Positions 42,200-55,392 are shown, counted from the whole stretch's first letter. The stretch is 63,883 bases of DNA, filler included, from Asterionella formosa (GCA_002256025.1; 12 parts of 12 records of this genome joined end to end with filler, not necessarily neighbours in it); one strand, 5' to 3'. Notes: generated by a model not told the origin, from the sequence alone. A program made the numbers and translations.

Positions 42200-43229
42200 A
42201 TGACAACCTCGACAACGTTTCTGGGGATCAATCCCCTTTCCTTTTCCTTTTTTATGTTTGGGTTGTTGGTTCTGTTTGTGCTGTATCTGTTACTACCAAG
42301 GGGATTGCGTGTTGGATACTTCGGGGCCTACCCGAAACGATATGCTTGGTCCGCTCGAACCAGAGCACAACGAGTAGCTGGAAGGGTGCAGCAGGTGCGT
42401 ATGTGTCTGAGCGAGTGTGCTGTTGCCACGATGATCTCTGTAGACTCACTGACTTGATGCTCGACTCTATCCCACCGCAAACAACTGAAATGACGCAACT
42501 CACATGCGCCAATCCATCGATTCCGTTTTCATGTTACAAAAATAGCCTTCCATTGGAGAAGCATCGTATGTCACGGATACGACCATGAACAATTATCGTC
42601 AACTACAAGGAATTGGTCTGGGTGCATCTCATTCGGTGGGAACGGACTGGTCCGCCATGTCGTCCACTCATCGACCTTCTATGGAGTCATCGCTCCTTCC
42701 CGGCGAACAACATCATCCACAACAACAGCAAAATGATGAGATTGTTATTTCCGCTGCCATGCAACAATTACGTGAACCAGGGGTTTTGATTGTAGCACAT
42801 GGATCACGCGGGAAGCCAAAGACTGTTCGACTGCAATTGACAGAAAATGCCATTACATGGAGAACGGAAACAAGGAAACATGCAAACAAGGCAAAAATGG
42901 GGAAACTTCATCAAGTTCCGTTGTCACACATTATGTACGTCGATGTTGGGAAACAAACCACTGCGTTGCGACGAGTGGAAAATGCAAGTGTCGCGGAAAA
43001 TTTATGCTTTTCATTATTGACCAAGGAAGGGTCCTTGGATCTGGAAGCCAATTCGGCCAGGGAACGAGATGCTTTGGTCAGTTGCTTTTCATTGGTGTTG
43101 GATGAAGTCCACGCACAAAATTGGAGAGACATTTACCGTGGACCGAGTAGTGATATGCCCAGTTCATTTGATGACTTTGATAGGGCAGAAAGTGAGGCCA
43201 TGACGGGTGTGGCAAGTACCAACGTATAA
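42200..43229 (+). CDS. Membrane-anchored PH-domain protein (PLC-type PH-like); join(42200..42394,42546..43229)
   Basis: An N-terminal TM helix is followed by GVLIVAHGSRGKPK...VDVGKQT...LCFSLL..GSLDLEA.S..ERD, a PLC/PH-like signature. The intron is phase 0. Confidence 0.8.
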
Positions 43230-43756
43230 AATGACCTAACAAGTAATGGATATGTGTTGAATGTGCTGTTCTATTTTGTTTCAAAATGACTTCGTTTTGT
43301 GCACCATATGGACACTTTTTGCTGGCACGGACTATCCAACGCAGCGAACCCTGTTTTATTCCACACGATACAACGTTTGGGGACTTCGATATGATTGTTT
43401 TAAAAGCGTTCCTCAGTTACTATGCTAGTTTTAGCGACTCACAACAACGCAGGACGGCGAAGGCGTGGTCAGGGAAACGCACCTCATACAGTATGATTTT
43501 TCTGTTGTATTTAGGGTTGATATCGCCATAAGTGACTTGTAAAATATAGTTAATTATCACGTCAGTTCAGAAAGTTCGTGTCATTCTTCTGAATAACTAA
43601 ATGTTAATAGATGATGGCTGGAGGGAAAACTATAAAGTTGCAAACTCTAGAAATTCGTCTGTATTACTTTCCTATCTGTTACGTTCTCGTGGGGATAAGG
43701 ACCATCATTAGCATGCCACATCTGCAATGGCACAACAGCAACTCCTGCGCTTCACT

Positions 43757-45287
43757 TCAAAATTCAGTCTTGGTACGGCGGCCGCTGCTACTGGAAGTCG
43801 ATTGCTTTCGTTTTTTCGGTGGTTTACCTTTGTCACGTTTCTTGACTACCGTACTCACCCATTTCGATAGATCTTCCAGTGTCATTTTTCCTTGATAGCG
43901 AGAAATATCAACAGTATCCGTGTATTTATTCTCCCCCGTACCTTTGGGGACCAACGCTACCAACAAAGGATATTTCTTCACGTGAAATTCTTTCGCCAAT
44001 CCCAAATTCTTTGCCCGTGATTCACCAAATATGAGACTGTCTCGAAATTGGTAGGAAAGGCAGTAATAGAGATTGGACGTTTCATACTTGTCAGTCAACA
44101 ATAAAATGGCACCGGCCTTTTTTGACAGCAACCTTTCCTCGACTTGGTTGACATGATTGATACCCACAATTAGAGACTGAGGCATGCTATCGGACGCGAA
44201 CTCGTACAGTGCCTTTGCTGNNNNNNNNNNNNNNNNNNNNNNNNNNNNNNNNNNNNNNNNNNNNNNNNNNNNNNNNNNNNNNNNNNNNNNNNNNNNNNNN
44301 NNNNNNNNNNNNNNNNNNNNNNNNNNNNNNNNNNNNNNNNNNNNNNNNNNNNNNNNNNNNNNNNNNNNNNNNNNNNNNNNNNNNNNNNNNNNNNNNNNNN
44401 NNNNNNNNNNNNNNNNNNNNNNNNNNNNNNNNNNNNNNNNNNNNNNNNNNNNNNNNNNNNNNNNNNNNNNNNNNNNNNNNNNNNNNNNNNNNNNNNNNNN
44501 NNNNNNNNNNNNNNNNNNNNNNNNNNNNNNNNNNNNNNNNNNNNNNNNNNNNNNNNNNNNNNNNNNNNNNNNNNNNNNNNNNNNNNNNNNNNNNNNNNNN
44601 NNNNNNNNNNNNNNNNNNNNNNNNNNNNNNNNNNNNNNNNNNNNNNNNNNNNNNNNNNNNNNNNNNNNNNNNNNNNNNNNNNNNNNNNNNNNNNNNNNNN
44701 NNNNNNNNNNNNNNNNNNNNNNNNNNNNNNNNNNNNNNNNNNNNNNNNNNNNNNNNNNNNNNNNNNNNNNNNNNNNNNNNNNNNNNNNNNNNNNNNNNNN
44801 NNNNNNNNNNNNNNNNNNNNNNNNNNNNNNNNNNNNNNNNNNNNNNNNNNNNNNNNNNNNNNNNNNNNNNNNNNNNNNNNNNNNNNNNNNNNNNNNNNNN
44901 NNNNNNNNNNNNNNNNNNNNNNNNNNNNGCGTGTTCGGGATCCATTACCTTTTCGTGCTTGTCTAATCCCTGTTTGCCATATTTGTCATATATCTTTCGT
45001 TTTTCCTAGTCGCTTAATATACTATAGGCTTCACTGACTTTAATAAATTTGGCTTCCGAAGATTCTTTTTCTTTTTCGGCTGCCTTGTCGGGATGATACT
45101 TGAGCGCCAATTTACGATACGATGATTTGATATCCTTGGGCGTGGCAGACCTTTTCAGGTTCAATATTTGATAGTAATCGTCGGCATTCGCTGATTCTCT
45201 TTTGCGTTGTTGTGTGCGGGCATACGATGGTTCGGAAGAACCCAAAAGAAGAAGGAGAAAGAAGAGGACTGCTGTCAGTCGCATCAT
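43757..45287 (-). CDS. ER-luminal DnaJ (J-domain) plus thioredoxin-like protein (ERdj3A/DNAJC16-like); spans a sequence gap and has an in-frame TAG at 45006-45008
   Basis: Signal peptide; DYYQIL...[12 protein letters not shown]...[21 protein letters not shown]; a thioredoxin-like C-terminal part; ends in KTEF (KDEL-like). Confidence 0.8.
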
Positions 45288-46665
45288 TGGATGACGAGTT
45301 CACAAACCTTGCATTCGATGGAATGAATGAGAATCCCGAGATAAAAATATGTGATTCTCAACTTTCATTCACTTGTTAATATTCTTTTTCCCGGAATGAT
45401 ATACCCGCAGCGTACAACATCGGTACATACCTGGTCTGTGTTATAAGCACATGAAGCATCGTCGAATCATGTCGAGGCACGACACATCTCACAGGATGCA
45501 CATCACGGTGACGTCGAAAGCAAGAAACGCCACGTGTCAACAAATGCTTTCTCGTTCTTACCATATGTATGTATACCAGCGAATGTATTGTTGCAGAAAT
45601 TCTACCAAGGTGCCTGGCTCAATATAAGAGGATCCTAGTTGCTATGATGTCCTATAGTTATCAAACAGTAAAAATATGTAGTCTAGCCCTTGGTATAGAA
45701 ACAAATAATGGTATATATCAATTGTAAAGTATGTTTGGAAGTGCACAGCCACTTTGAGCCTGGACAATGGAGGAGTTCATTGGGTCTCACCACTGGAGCA
45801 ACAAGAACTGGCATCGGTCTCTCACCATTATATCAAAAAAGGGTGTGCTCATGATATCATTTCGATACATGTAGCATTTCATATCGGTGTACTAGTACTA
45901 CATTCCTGTTGGCACTCACATGTATGATGTATAAAGGGGCTACCACCCATTACTACATTCCTATAGGGCATTACCAGTAGCTTTGACAGCATATTTCACA
46001 CATTTGTCGGCTTCCACCACTAGCTATGCAAATTGCCAATTTGCTATCAATCAATCCTCAGCGGAAAAATAACTTAATTCACATCTTTTGCTCTGAGTAT
46101 TCATGTTATTGTTGTAGTTGTTGCCTTTTTTGTTGTGTAGCTACTGTGAAAGAGTCAAAGCTGCTCGTAACATCATCATCACTTGAAATTTTGTGCGTCT
46201 CTAATTACATGGAAAAATATGCCATCAGCTACTTCAATTTCGTTGTCAATATTAGTGTTACTAGGATTATGTCGAGATTGATATATGTACCAAATAGGGA
46301 ATCGTCATTTGCGATTTTTGTGGAGATGTTCGGCGCTATTTTCATCATGGTCAACACTTAGACGACATCATGAGGATGAGCGAAGGATTCTCCAGGAAGG
46401 TCTGGTAGCGCACGTTCTATCCGCACCTTTCAGTTTCGACGCACTCCCAATAGATCATCTCATGCCTGCCGGACAAGATATGCCGGCTTTCCATGAAAAT
46501 TATATTCCTTAAGTAATTTAGGAAAACGTTGCTCTCATTACCCGATGACGATTTGATTGCAAAATCAGGCGCTGAATACGGCTCAGATTTGCTGACTGAT
46601 GAACGTTTTTCAACAAACCGTCTTCTAGCTTCGGAATCAACATAGGAATCCTACCTTTCTATATT

Positions 46666-46757
46666 TAGAACTTCCTGACAATGACTAGGATTTGCTGACA
46701 ATCACTAGAAAAACTGCTGACTATGACTAGAATTTGCTGAAAACGACTAGAACTTGC
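46666..46757. repeat. Second array of the 20-bp minisatellite, ~4-5 units
   Basis: Units of the form gctgacaa.gactagaa, as at 11540. Confidence 0.8.
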
Positions 46758-47822
46758 AAATGAGAATAGATTTTCTGAATGACCCTTATTCCTATGAAGT
46801 ATATACATGAACAAGCACAACCACTACCCCCTGGTAACCTTGCTAATACTACAGATACTAAGCATATGTAATGTCATATCTATTTACCCCCGGTACATGG
46901 TCACAGTCATTATCATTCCAGATGCAATAACCAACCGGGGTAGCGCTACATATACTACCTCATTTGCAATATAATACATATCATCATCTATCACATATAT
47001 AAAAGTTCTTATGTTTTGTAGCCCATTCGTACGTACTCCCCTATTTCTAGGCAAGTCTGTCATTGTGCTACTACCTGCCAACAAGACCTGTGCTTCCCTA
47101 GTTTTGATAGCATTGGTGAGTCCCCAGCCACCTTTTGTGAAAGGTGATCGTCTTAGCCGCAGTGTTACTAGGGGAACTCCGACCGCCTAGGAAGGCGGCA
47201 CAAGCTGCTTGTAGGGGGGACAAGCCACTATTTCTTGCACACCAGGCAAGACCGTGCGGAATGGTAAGGAGTGTGGGAGTCGAATCCAACAAAAATTTGT
47301 AAAAAAAATTGCGTGAATCAAAGGCAACATACTCAATCGACTGAGCCATTCCCTTAAGTATTCGTTGTTAATCTTTGTGTTATTTTAATAATTCTTTGCG
47401 ATTAAACTGTCCAGGTTGTGCTTGGTAGGGATTCTGATGGACAGATTCTTGGGCTTTGAGTATGCAAAAATGGGTTTGAAATTTGCAAGTTCCACCATCC
47501 ATGTAGAAGTGCTGATACTGTTGGCTTTAGCATACTGTTCCCGTGAACCTCAACGTTGAGAAAATATGTTATAACAAACTTCATACGTTCTGTTCTCAAT
47601 GGCATGATAGCTATGGTTGAATTGATTGACCAAAAAAATCCAGCACCTCAAGCTGTTATCCTGACCTCACCTGTGTTGGTTGACATACATGAAAATGTCA
47701 GTATTTATTTGTATTACTGGTAATTAATTAAATAATGGAGGTTGAATGCAGGTTTAAACTGTTGGTAGCTGCAGTACAGTGTACTCCGAGGAACTCATAC
47801 TCCGAGTAATTCGCCGGCCAAG

Positions 47823-48375
47823 TATGGCTGGATGCATCATGAAACTACATTGGGAAGCCATAGTAGCTACCGGTACAAAATAATTCTCGCAACCAGTACA
47901 ACATAATTTTAGCTTAAGTAAAATGTTCTATATAAATAATATACATATGTATAAAGTTTATTTACACGTGTATCTGCGATCTTGTTGTTGTTATTGTTGC
48001 ATTTTTGATGACGAACATGAAATCGAAGTCCATTGCGCAGCGATGGGTATGAAATCGTTGTTCTATCTTCATTGTAACTACTATATGACCTTATAAGAGA
48101 CATTCCTGTACAGTTTAATCCAGCTTGCCCACTATCAAGCTCAAGAGTGTGAAACCATTGGTCATGTAGGCGTAGATCTCTGTGCCCAACAAAAAATAGT
48201 TCATAAAAAAAGCAAATTGTGTGGAGGAAAGAAAGCCATTTGAAGCGGTATGGGAGGATTTTCTATTGTTGAGTAAAGCAACAGTATAATAACAACATGG
48301 TGGATGTGATTATTACACGAAAATCCAGGCGCAGAATATTATATACCATAGGTTTAGGGTTTAGGCTAATTCTGA
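47823..48375 (-). mobile_element. MITE family B, inverted and partial copy
   Basis: The reverse complement aligns to 53560-54183 and begins TATGGCTGGATGCAT. Confidence 0.8.
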
Positions 48376-48441
48376 CACCTGCTATGAATACCGGTATGTA
48401 CCGGTAGCACTGCTGATTAGAATAAAAATTTCTATAGTAAC

Positions 48442-48531
48442 TGCAAGCTGCGGTAATTATGCTCATCTAAACATTTAGCTCTTTTTATCCTAGATTAGAT
48501 TGTCTATTTAAGCAAAATGACCGCAACTTGC
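48442..48531. repeat. Small inverted repeat (mini-MITE-like)
   Basis: gcaagctgcggtaattatgct...agcaaaatgaccgcaacttgc; the same terminus occurs at ~2557-2580. Confidence 0.55.
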
Positions 48532-49333
48532 TCTTACCAGGGTACCAGGTAGTCTACCGTACCTGGAACCACTTAGGATGATTCCGATGCGGAGACCGGT
48601 AGTCTGCCAGTAATATAAGGAAATATTTACCGTATTCGCCCGCAATTCTTATTACGGGGTACCACAGGTCCTCCCAGGGTACCTGGTACCAGGTACCGGC
48701 GCCAGTACCGGGTATCTGGTTTTCTAGTTCAGATATCATCGAACTGACGTGGTCAAATCGAAAGAACCAAAGAGAAGCAATCCAAAAGACAACGATATAT
48801 ATCGCATTGACAATTTTATACAGGTATATACATACGCTACTATGTATGTATGGAAATATTACGTATTCATGTAGGTTTGTGAGGGAGAATCTATATACGC
48901 ACCGGTACATAAAATGCCACATATTGATTCAAATGAAAACAAGAATCGCCATCACATGATTCATTTGTTTGAAAACAAAAATCGCCATCACTTGTTTCAT
49001 TTGTTCTCAGTTGATCCTTGGAACAACCCTCCCTTAAATATTTTCAACACAAACAACAGGACCGTAGGGGGAATCCCCCAAAACCCGGCAAGCCACGAAT
49101 GCGAGCCCAACGACGATAGACTACCGGTATATCAAAATGCATATGTCGTCCACGTAGACATACATAGAACCGCGACAAGAGCAAGCGTCGGCAGCAATGC
49201 ATACCGATGTATCAATTATTTGGCCTACCTACCGGTATGTAGTTTTCAAACTGTTCATAAAATTAATTCTCATTAAGAAATACCGGTACATCAAGTTACC
49301 AGGTAAAGCCTATCGTCATCGACTGACGTTTAG

Positions 49334-51091
49334 ATGATGCGTTCCTCTACATTTATCTTTCTGCTTTCTGTCTCTTTTGCAGGTGCTCAGACACAGACTT
49401 CTGAGTTCTTTAATGGAGTAGACAATGACGCCTACATCAAATGGGCAAACGCTTCGACCTACTCGAACTCTGTTTTTCTCCAGTCGACCGGCGCCACCGA
49501 TGAGGAGGAAGGAGTTGCTGTCCATTGGACGCTAGACTCCAAATTCATCCATCTTGCTGTCGCTGCCCGGGCTACTGGATGGGTTGGATTCGGCATCGCA
49601 GAGAGCGGCGGAATGCTGGGTTCCGACATTGTCCTCTTTGAAGCAGAGTCAAATGCACTCACTGACTCCTACGTCCTGGATGTGGCCGGCGCTCCAATCC
49701 CAGATGACTGCCAAAACTGGGCGCTTGTCAGTTCGCAATCAGAAGGAGGTTTCCTTATTTTTGAAGCCAAGCGTCTCAAAGATACTGGCGATCCCCAAGA
49801 CAGGCCTATTAAGGACGACAGTACGCTCGACATTTCGCCCCACAATGTGATTGCAGCTTGGGGCGATACCAACACTCTCTCGTACCATGGGTCCAATGAT
49901 CGAGTACGTAGCACCATCCGTTTTGCCGGTCAAGACGCTGGCTCTGATCTCGTCACTTTTGCACGCCAAGTTGCGTCACTGTCGGATGCCTCCTTCACTG
50001 TTAGACCTATCGACTATCCAGTCAAGGCTGTAGCAACGGAATATGCCGATTTTTGCTTTTCTTCTGCAAATCTCACCTCTCTTGGTGTACCCATTGATTC
50101 TGACTTGCACATTATTGGAGCCCAACCTGTAGTTGACTCAGGCAGTGCTAAGTACGTTCATCACTTTCTTGTAACTGCATCAGTCGTTGATAACTGTGGT
50201 GACATGTCAACCTTCAATGATGTAGCTTTTGTTTGGGCACCGGGTGAGGGACCGCTTATTTTGCCTCCAAACGTGGGAGCGCTACTTGGATCACAGGGAT
50301 TCAAGGCATTCAATGTTCAAATCCACTACAACAACCCCTCACTAGACACTGGTGTCCTGGACAGCAGTGGTGTCGAATTTTTTTACACAACTCAAAAGAG
50401 GGAGTTTGACCTTGGAGTGCTTCAGCTTGGTGACCCTTTTCTGGGACTACTTGGCGTAGAGGTGGGAAATGGTTTTTCCCAACACACATTTGACTGTTCA
50501 GGTGACTGCTCTAGTGTTTCACTCAGTGAAAATGTGACAGTTTTGAGAGAGTATTTGCATATGCATATGACGGGAAGTGCCATGTACAACGCTCAAATCC
50601 GTGATGGAAAAATCATCCACAAAGGCAGTGTTGAATTTTATGACTTTAGTCAATCTGGAATGTTTTCCGTCATTCAAGAGCCCTTTGATATTCGCCCAGG
50701 TGATAGCTTTCAGACATCCTGTTTTTACAGTGCTGGAGCAAACACTACTTTTGGATTGGGCTCTGCAGATGAAATGTGCATTGCTTATCTCTTTTACTAC
50801 CCCAGACAAGTGGTGCCAGGCAGCAATGGATTCCCCTACACGTGTGCCGTTGGTTTAGGTGGTTTTTTCCCGCAATGCGAAGAAGTACTGACAAGTCGTA
50901 GTCTTGAGAGCACCAGTCAATTTAATCGATCGTTTGGGGAATCCACGAATGCAACTTGTGACACCTCTGCCTTTGCCTCCCCAAGCATTGCACCAACAAC
51001 CGGCAAGAAAAGTACATCCGGGGCACGTTGCAAATTGGCAGACATGATGTTTTTGGCTGCCACTATTGTTGGAATCGCTGTGGCTTTTTGA
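49334..51091 (+). CDS. DOMON plus copper type II ascorbate-dependent monooxygenase (DBH/MOXD1-like), secreted and probably GPI/membrane-anchored
   Basis: Signal peptide; DOMON motif GWVGFG...GGMLGSDIV; Cu ligands HH, QIHY, HMH and EMC; hydrophobic C-terminus. Confidence 0.92.
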   Translation: MMRSSTFIFLLSVSFAGAQTQTSEFFNGVDNDAYIKWANASTYSNSVFLQSTGATDEEEGVAVHWTLDSKFIHLAVAARATGWVGFGIAESGGMLGSDIVLFEAESNALTDSYVLDVAGAPIPDDCQNWALVSSQSEGGFLIFEAKRLKDTGDPQDRPIKDDSTLDISPHNVIAAWGDTNTLSYHGSNDRVRSTIRFAGQDAGSDLVTFARQVASLSDASFTVRPIDYPVKAVATEYADFCFSSANLTSLGVPIDSDLHIIGAQPVVDSGSAKYVHHFLVTASVVDNCGDMSTFNDVAFVWAPGEGPLILPPNVGALLGSQGFKAFNVQIHYNNPSLDTGVLDSSGVEFFYTTQKREFDLGVLQLGDPFLGLLGVEVGNGFSQHTFDCSGDCSSVSLSENVTVLREYLHMHMTGSAMYNAQIRDGKIIHKGSVEFYDFSQSGMFSVIQEPFDIRPGDSFQTSCFYSAGANTTFGLGSADEMCIAYLFYYPRQVVPGSNGFPYTCAVGLGGFFPQCEEVLTSRSLESTSQFNRSFGESTNATCDTSAFASPSIAPTTGKKSTSGARCKLADMMFLAATIVGIAVAF

Positions 51092-51409
51092 TTTCGGAAA
51101 ATTTAGATTGATCATTTCATGTTTAGCTTTAAAAAATTAATTATGGTGCTTTACGTTGGTAAAATATTTAAGAATGGTTCGCCCACCCTATCAATCAATA
51201 GCCGGAATACTGTTAGTCCAAAAACTAAATTAGCCTTCAAAATGTTTGTTCTGGCGTCCAGGCGCTAAAAAGGTGTGGGTGGATGCTTATGTACAATGCC
51301 ATCATCCAAAGATCTTCCTGAACTGTGGCTCTCATTACTTGCGGAAGGTGTATTGAGTTCCACTGTGAAAAATATCAAATATTTGCAGATGGCGCTTAAT
51401 CATTCATAC

Positions 51410-52785
51410 TTAATGTCGGAGTTGAACAATTTGGAACAAAGGAAAGTACAACTTTACATGCGCAAAGTAACCACCTGCCACCATATCTCCAGTAAATAAA
51501 TGGCTAACTGGTAAGACCATCATAACAACGGCAAAAGTCACAAGTGGCTTTGGATACTTCCGCACGAAATTTTCCCATCGTTCACGTCCAATAGCATACT
51601 CCATAAGAACCAGTGATCCATTCCAGCCAAAGAACAACATTGATTTTCCAAATCGCAAGAGTCTTGGTACATTCTCATCTTCATGCGAGTTGCATCGAAA
51701 CAAGAGCAACCAAACATATTCATGAAACAGACCCGATACAGCAAAGGAAACAAGGACAGCAAGGTCATTGGACCCCGAATAAAAACGAACAGGTTTGTAA
51801 ACACCCTGTTTGATACCCGTATGTATAAGTTTATTCCATCGATTGGACCAAAAATCGGATGGACTTTTTGACGCGAACAAAGGCTGGTTGGTTACTGCTT
51901 CTGTTTGACAGCCACCAATCGTTTGCATTAGGAGTGAAATGCCGTTCATGCTGAGTGACAGAGAATGCCCAACTAGTACTGCCGTGAGAAAATTGTTGCC
52001 AAGTTGGAATATACTGTAAGTGACAAAGATGCCAGTGGCTTCTTGGCCAGACAGAAAAGGTGCGTAGTTGAATGGTGCCATGAACGAATGAGCCATTGCT
52101 CCAATCACTAAATTCAAAAGATATCCCTTGATTTCTGTCCACATAGAATCCAAGGATGCCGGTAACGTCCGATTCCCAGAACTATCCAGTTTGGGCCATA
52201 GAATAAATCCATTTCGTTGCACATATAACCACAGAGATCCACTGCGGCTTGCATTTTTCGTACCGACCAGCACCCAAGCTGGAGTAAAGCCAAAAAAGCA
52301 CTCGAGGCACCGAAAAGTCATGATGGATGGCAAGCAAACAAGTCCCATACGCAAAGCCCTAGATCGTATATCCCACCATTCGATCCAGCAAAAGGGAATG
52401 ACAAGTGCAACTGGAATGACAACACCAAAGGCAATCAAACATGACATTGCTCTTGATTGTGAATGCAGAATTCCGAAGTACATCACGATAGATAGAATTA
52501 CTGAAACTGTAATTTGCAGGAGAAGAATCTTGAAGGACCCAATGCTCGAATGTTAGCTGGGAGAATACAAAATATTGCAGCCCCTGAATAGAGAACGCAC
52601 GCCACACAGCCCCATCGCGCCCAATAGAAGGACATGCACAGATAGTAACTCACCACCACAATCTGAATGTATGCCGCCACAACCGGTGGCAGCATCTGCA
52701 CTGCAAAATACTCTCCTACATTACACAAATGTATTGGGGTATTGTCATTGACTATTGAGCGCTCTGCGAAAATGGTCTCCAACAT
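51410..52785 (-). CDS. MBOAT wax-synthase-like membrane O-acyltransferase; exons 52785-52654 and 52528-51410
   Basis: Motifs PLFASKSPSDFWSNRWN and FAVSGLFHEY, with many TM segments. The intron is GTGAGT...GCTAAC...AAG, phase 0. Confidence 0.9.
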
Positions 52786-53505
52786 GGCAGCATGTGGAAT
52801 ATAGTGGGACGTTGATGGACGCCATATTTTCTCATGCTTTTAAAAAGAATGAGCAATTATTTATACCAAGGTCTGGGCTTGAGTCCAAAGTCTGATGCCA
52901 CCAAGTCAGACTTCATGCACGACAAATAAACAAGGTTATTATAGTAAAGCAGTACCGGTATTAATTAATAACCTGGTTATTATATACCAAGTCAGAAGCA
53001 CTATCGGTATACCGGTACACTATTACACAGTGATGGCCATCCATATAAACCTGATCGTTGCCATTCTTACTGGAGTACCTGGTACCAGGTAGGGCAGCTA
53101 GCTATAATAATAATTGAAAGTAAATCCCATCTTCCATCAAAATCGCAAAATAATTGTCCCAATCCGTTCCTCCTGCCCCGAAGTCATCGTAAATTGCGGA
53201 GTCATAAATCAACAAGCTGAATCTCTCCTCAGCATGACAGAAGAAGGTCGCCACACCATCTCAGAGCCATAGCGAGCCATGGCAACCGTGCAAGAAACAC
53301 GACCCATACCATCCAGGCAGTCATCAATCACATAACAATCGAGAATGAACTATGAGCAATCCAAGCGATGCGTCCAATCAATGTACCACCAAGCACTTTT
53401 CATCTATTTCACAAGCGTAGAATACTTACGTATGTTACAAACAGATGTACGACGAGAACCCCGCTTAGGGTGTACAATCGTACACCAAGCATTACAATGC
53501 TGGCT

Positions 53506-54185
53506 CGTATGGCTGGATGCAATTTTTGGGGCCACTGGGTAGACCCTGTAGGCCTAGTATTAGAATAAACCCTAAACCTATGGTATATAATATTTAGTGT
53601 TTGGATTGGCATGTTCTAATAATATCCACCATGTTGTTAGTATTATTCTGTTTTTTACTCAACAACAGAACATCCTAACACAGCACTTCAAATAGCCTTC
53701 TTTCCGCCATGAGGAGTGCTACTAGTAAACACAGGAAGCGGCACAGGACAACACAATTTGGTTTATATATGAACTATTTTGTGTTGGGCATGCAGAGGAT
53801 CCACACCTACAGCATGACCAATGGTTTCACACTCTTGAGCTTGATAGTGGGCAAGCTGGAGTTGAAACTGTACATGAATGTCTCAAATAAGGTCATATAG
53901 TAGTTGCAATGAAGATACAAAAATGTATTCAAACCCATTGCTCACAATGGACTTTGATTTCATGTTCGTGATGAATGAATGCAACAACAACAACAACAAC
54001 AACAATAACAACGAGATCATGGATGCATGTGTACATAAATTTATACATATGTATGTTATTTATATAGAACATTTTACCGGTACTTCAGCTAAATATATGT
54101 TGTACTACCGGTAGTAGCCACAGTATTCAGTACCAGTAGCTACGATGGCTACCCAATGTAGTTTCATGATGCAACCAGCCATACG
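53506..54185. mobile_element. MITE family B, full copy with TIR CGTATGGCTGGATGCA
   Basis: TIRs at 53506 and 54170-54185, an extra TIR copy at ~54237-54251, and internal (CAA)n. No clear TSD. Confidence 0.75.
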
Positions 54186-54709
54186 TCTCTGTTTTAGCTA
54201 ACCAGCATGTACAACCTGTATCATGATAGTTTCATGATGCATCCAGCCATAAAACAATAAATTGAGCAGGTGTGCACAAAAGTATGTCACTGTATGTAAC
54301 GATGTCGTAGGGGAACGACGTAAGATCATTACGATGAATGATGCAGGACAAATATGTGTTCAATCCTGCTTATTTAGGAAAGCGTCAAAGATATATTCTC
54401 CTTGAAGCAGACACATAATAATGTAGACAGTTTAGACGAACAGCCACAAATACCGTTAGTAGAACAATGATCGTACTAATCATAACCAATTCATAACAGT
54501 AGGTACCTGGTACCTGGTACAATAAGTACGGGTCTACCTGGTACCGGTAGTCTACCTACTGTAGAATGTATTAATGCTGATTCTCAGAACAACACGATTA
54601 AAAGCAAAATAACGCACTGTTCGCATATATCTAATTTGTGCTTAAATTCTTATTCAGCAACTTTGCATCTCTCTTGCCTGAACGTTTCATCTTTATTGCA
54701 GCAGCTATC

Positions 54710-55392
54710 ATGACAGTTAAAGGTGGTGGTAAGCAAGCACGTCGAACGGAATCGATCGGAAAAACGTGGACAGGCTCAGCTTCTACGCTCGTTTGTTGTC
54801 TTGGAGGAGGGGTGCGACAGATCTCACCCCTGCAGACGCATCGTCATCTGGTGGAGTTCCTGACACTGAAAGACTCCATTCGTTTTGATAGATCAGTTCA
54901 TTGACTCACTCGTGCGCTTTGTAATCGTAAATCGCTCTATTCCATCAAGAACAAGATAATCCACCCTTTGTCGCAGCCACAGTCGTGGTCGATGAACCCG
55001 AGATTGACTTGAGCCCTCCGCCATTTGTCCCTACGGCATCGGCGTCTCAAGCCAATCCTGCAAATGTCACCACCTCCACTACTGCTCCAACTCCTCAGGC
55101 AAAGACCATAACCACGACTACCTATACGACCCCACCACCCTCTGGCATGCCCGCCATTGGATTGGGCAGATTTCCATGTCAATTGACTTGTCCTTATTGC
55201 AATCATCGCATGTGCACCCGGACCCGAGACCAAGTTACTGGTTTAACAATTGCGATCATGGTCATCTTGGTGCTCCTTTTTTGGCCACTTTTCTGGTTGC
55301 CCCTTTGTATGCCCTCATGCAAGGCCACCGAGCACTATTGCGGAAATGGATCTTGCAATCGCAAGGTGGGACAAGTGGAACCTTGCAATTAA
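54710..55392 (+). CDS. LITAF-domain zinc-binding membrane protein; join(54710..54728,54950..55392)
   Basis: Pro-rich N-terminus, CPYC...hydrophobic stretch...HYCGNGSC, and a phase-1 intron GTAAGC...CAAG. Confidence 0.88.

Noticed and set aside
47230..47300. Possible tRNA T-arm (GGAGTCGAATCC)
   Set aside because: No cloverleaf could be folded, and no tRNA or rRNA gene was recognised in the window.
48351..48365. Telomere-like TTTAGGG words (also ~14312, ~14408, ~60057)
   Set aside because: Only one or two units, internal to repeats; not telomeric arrays.
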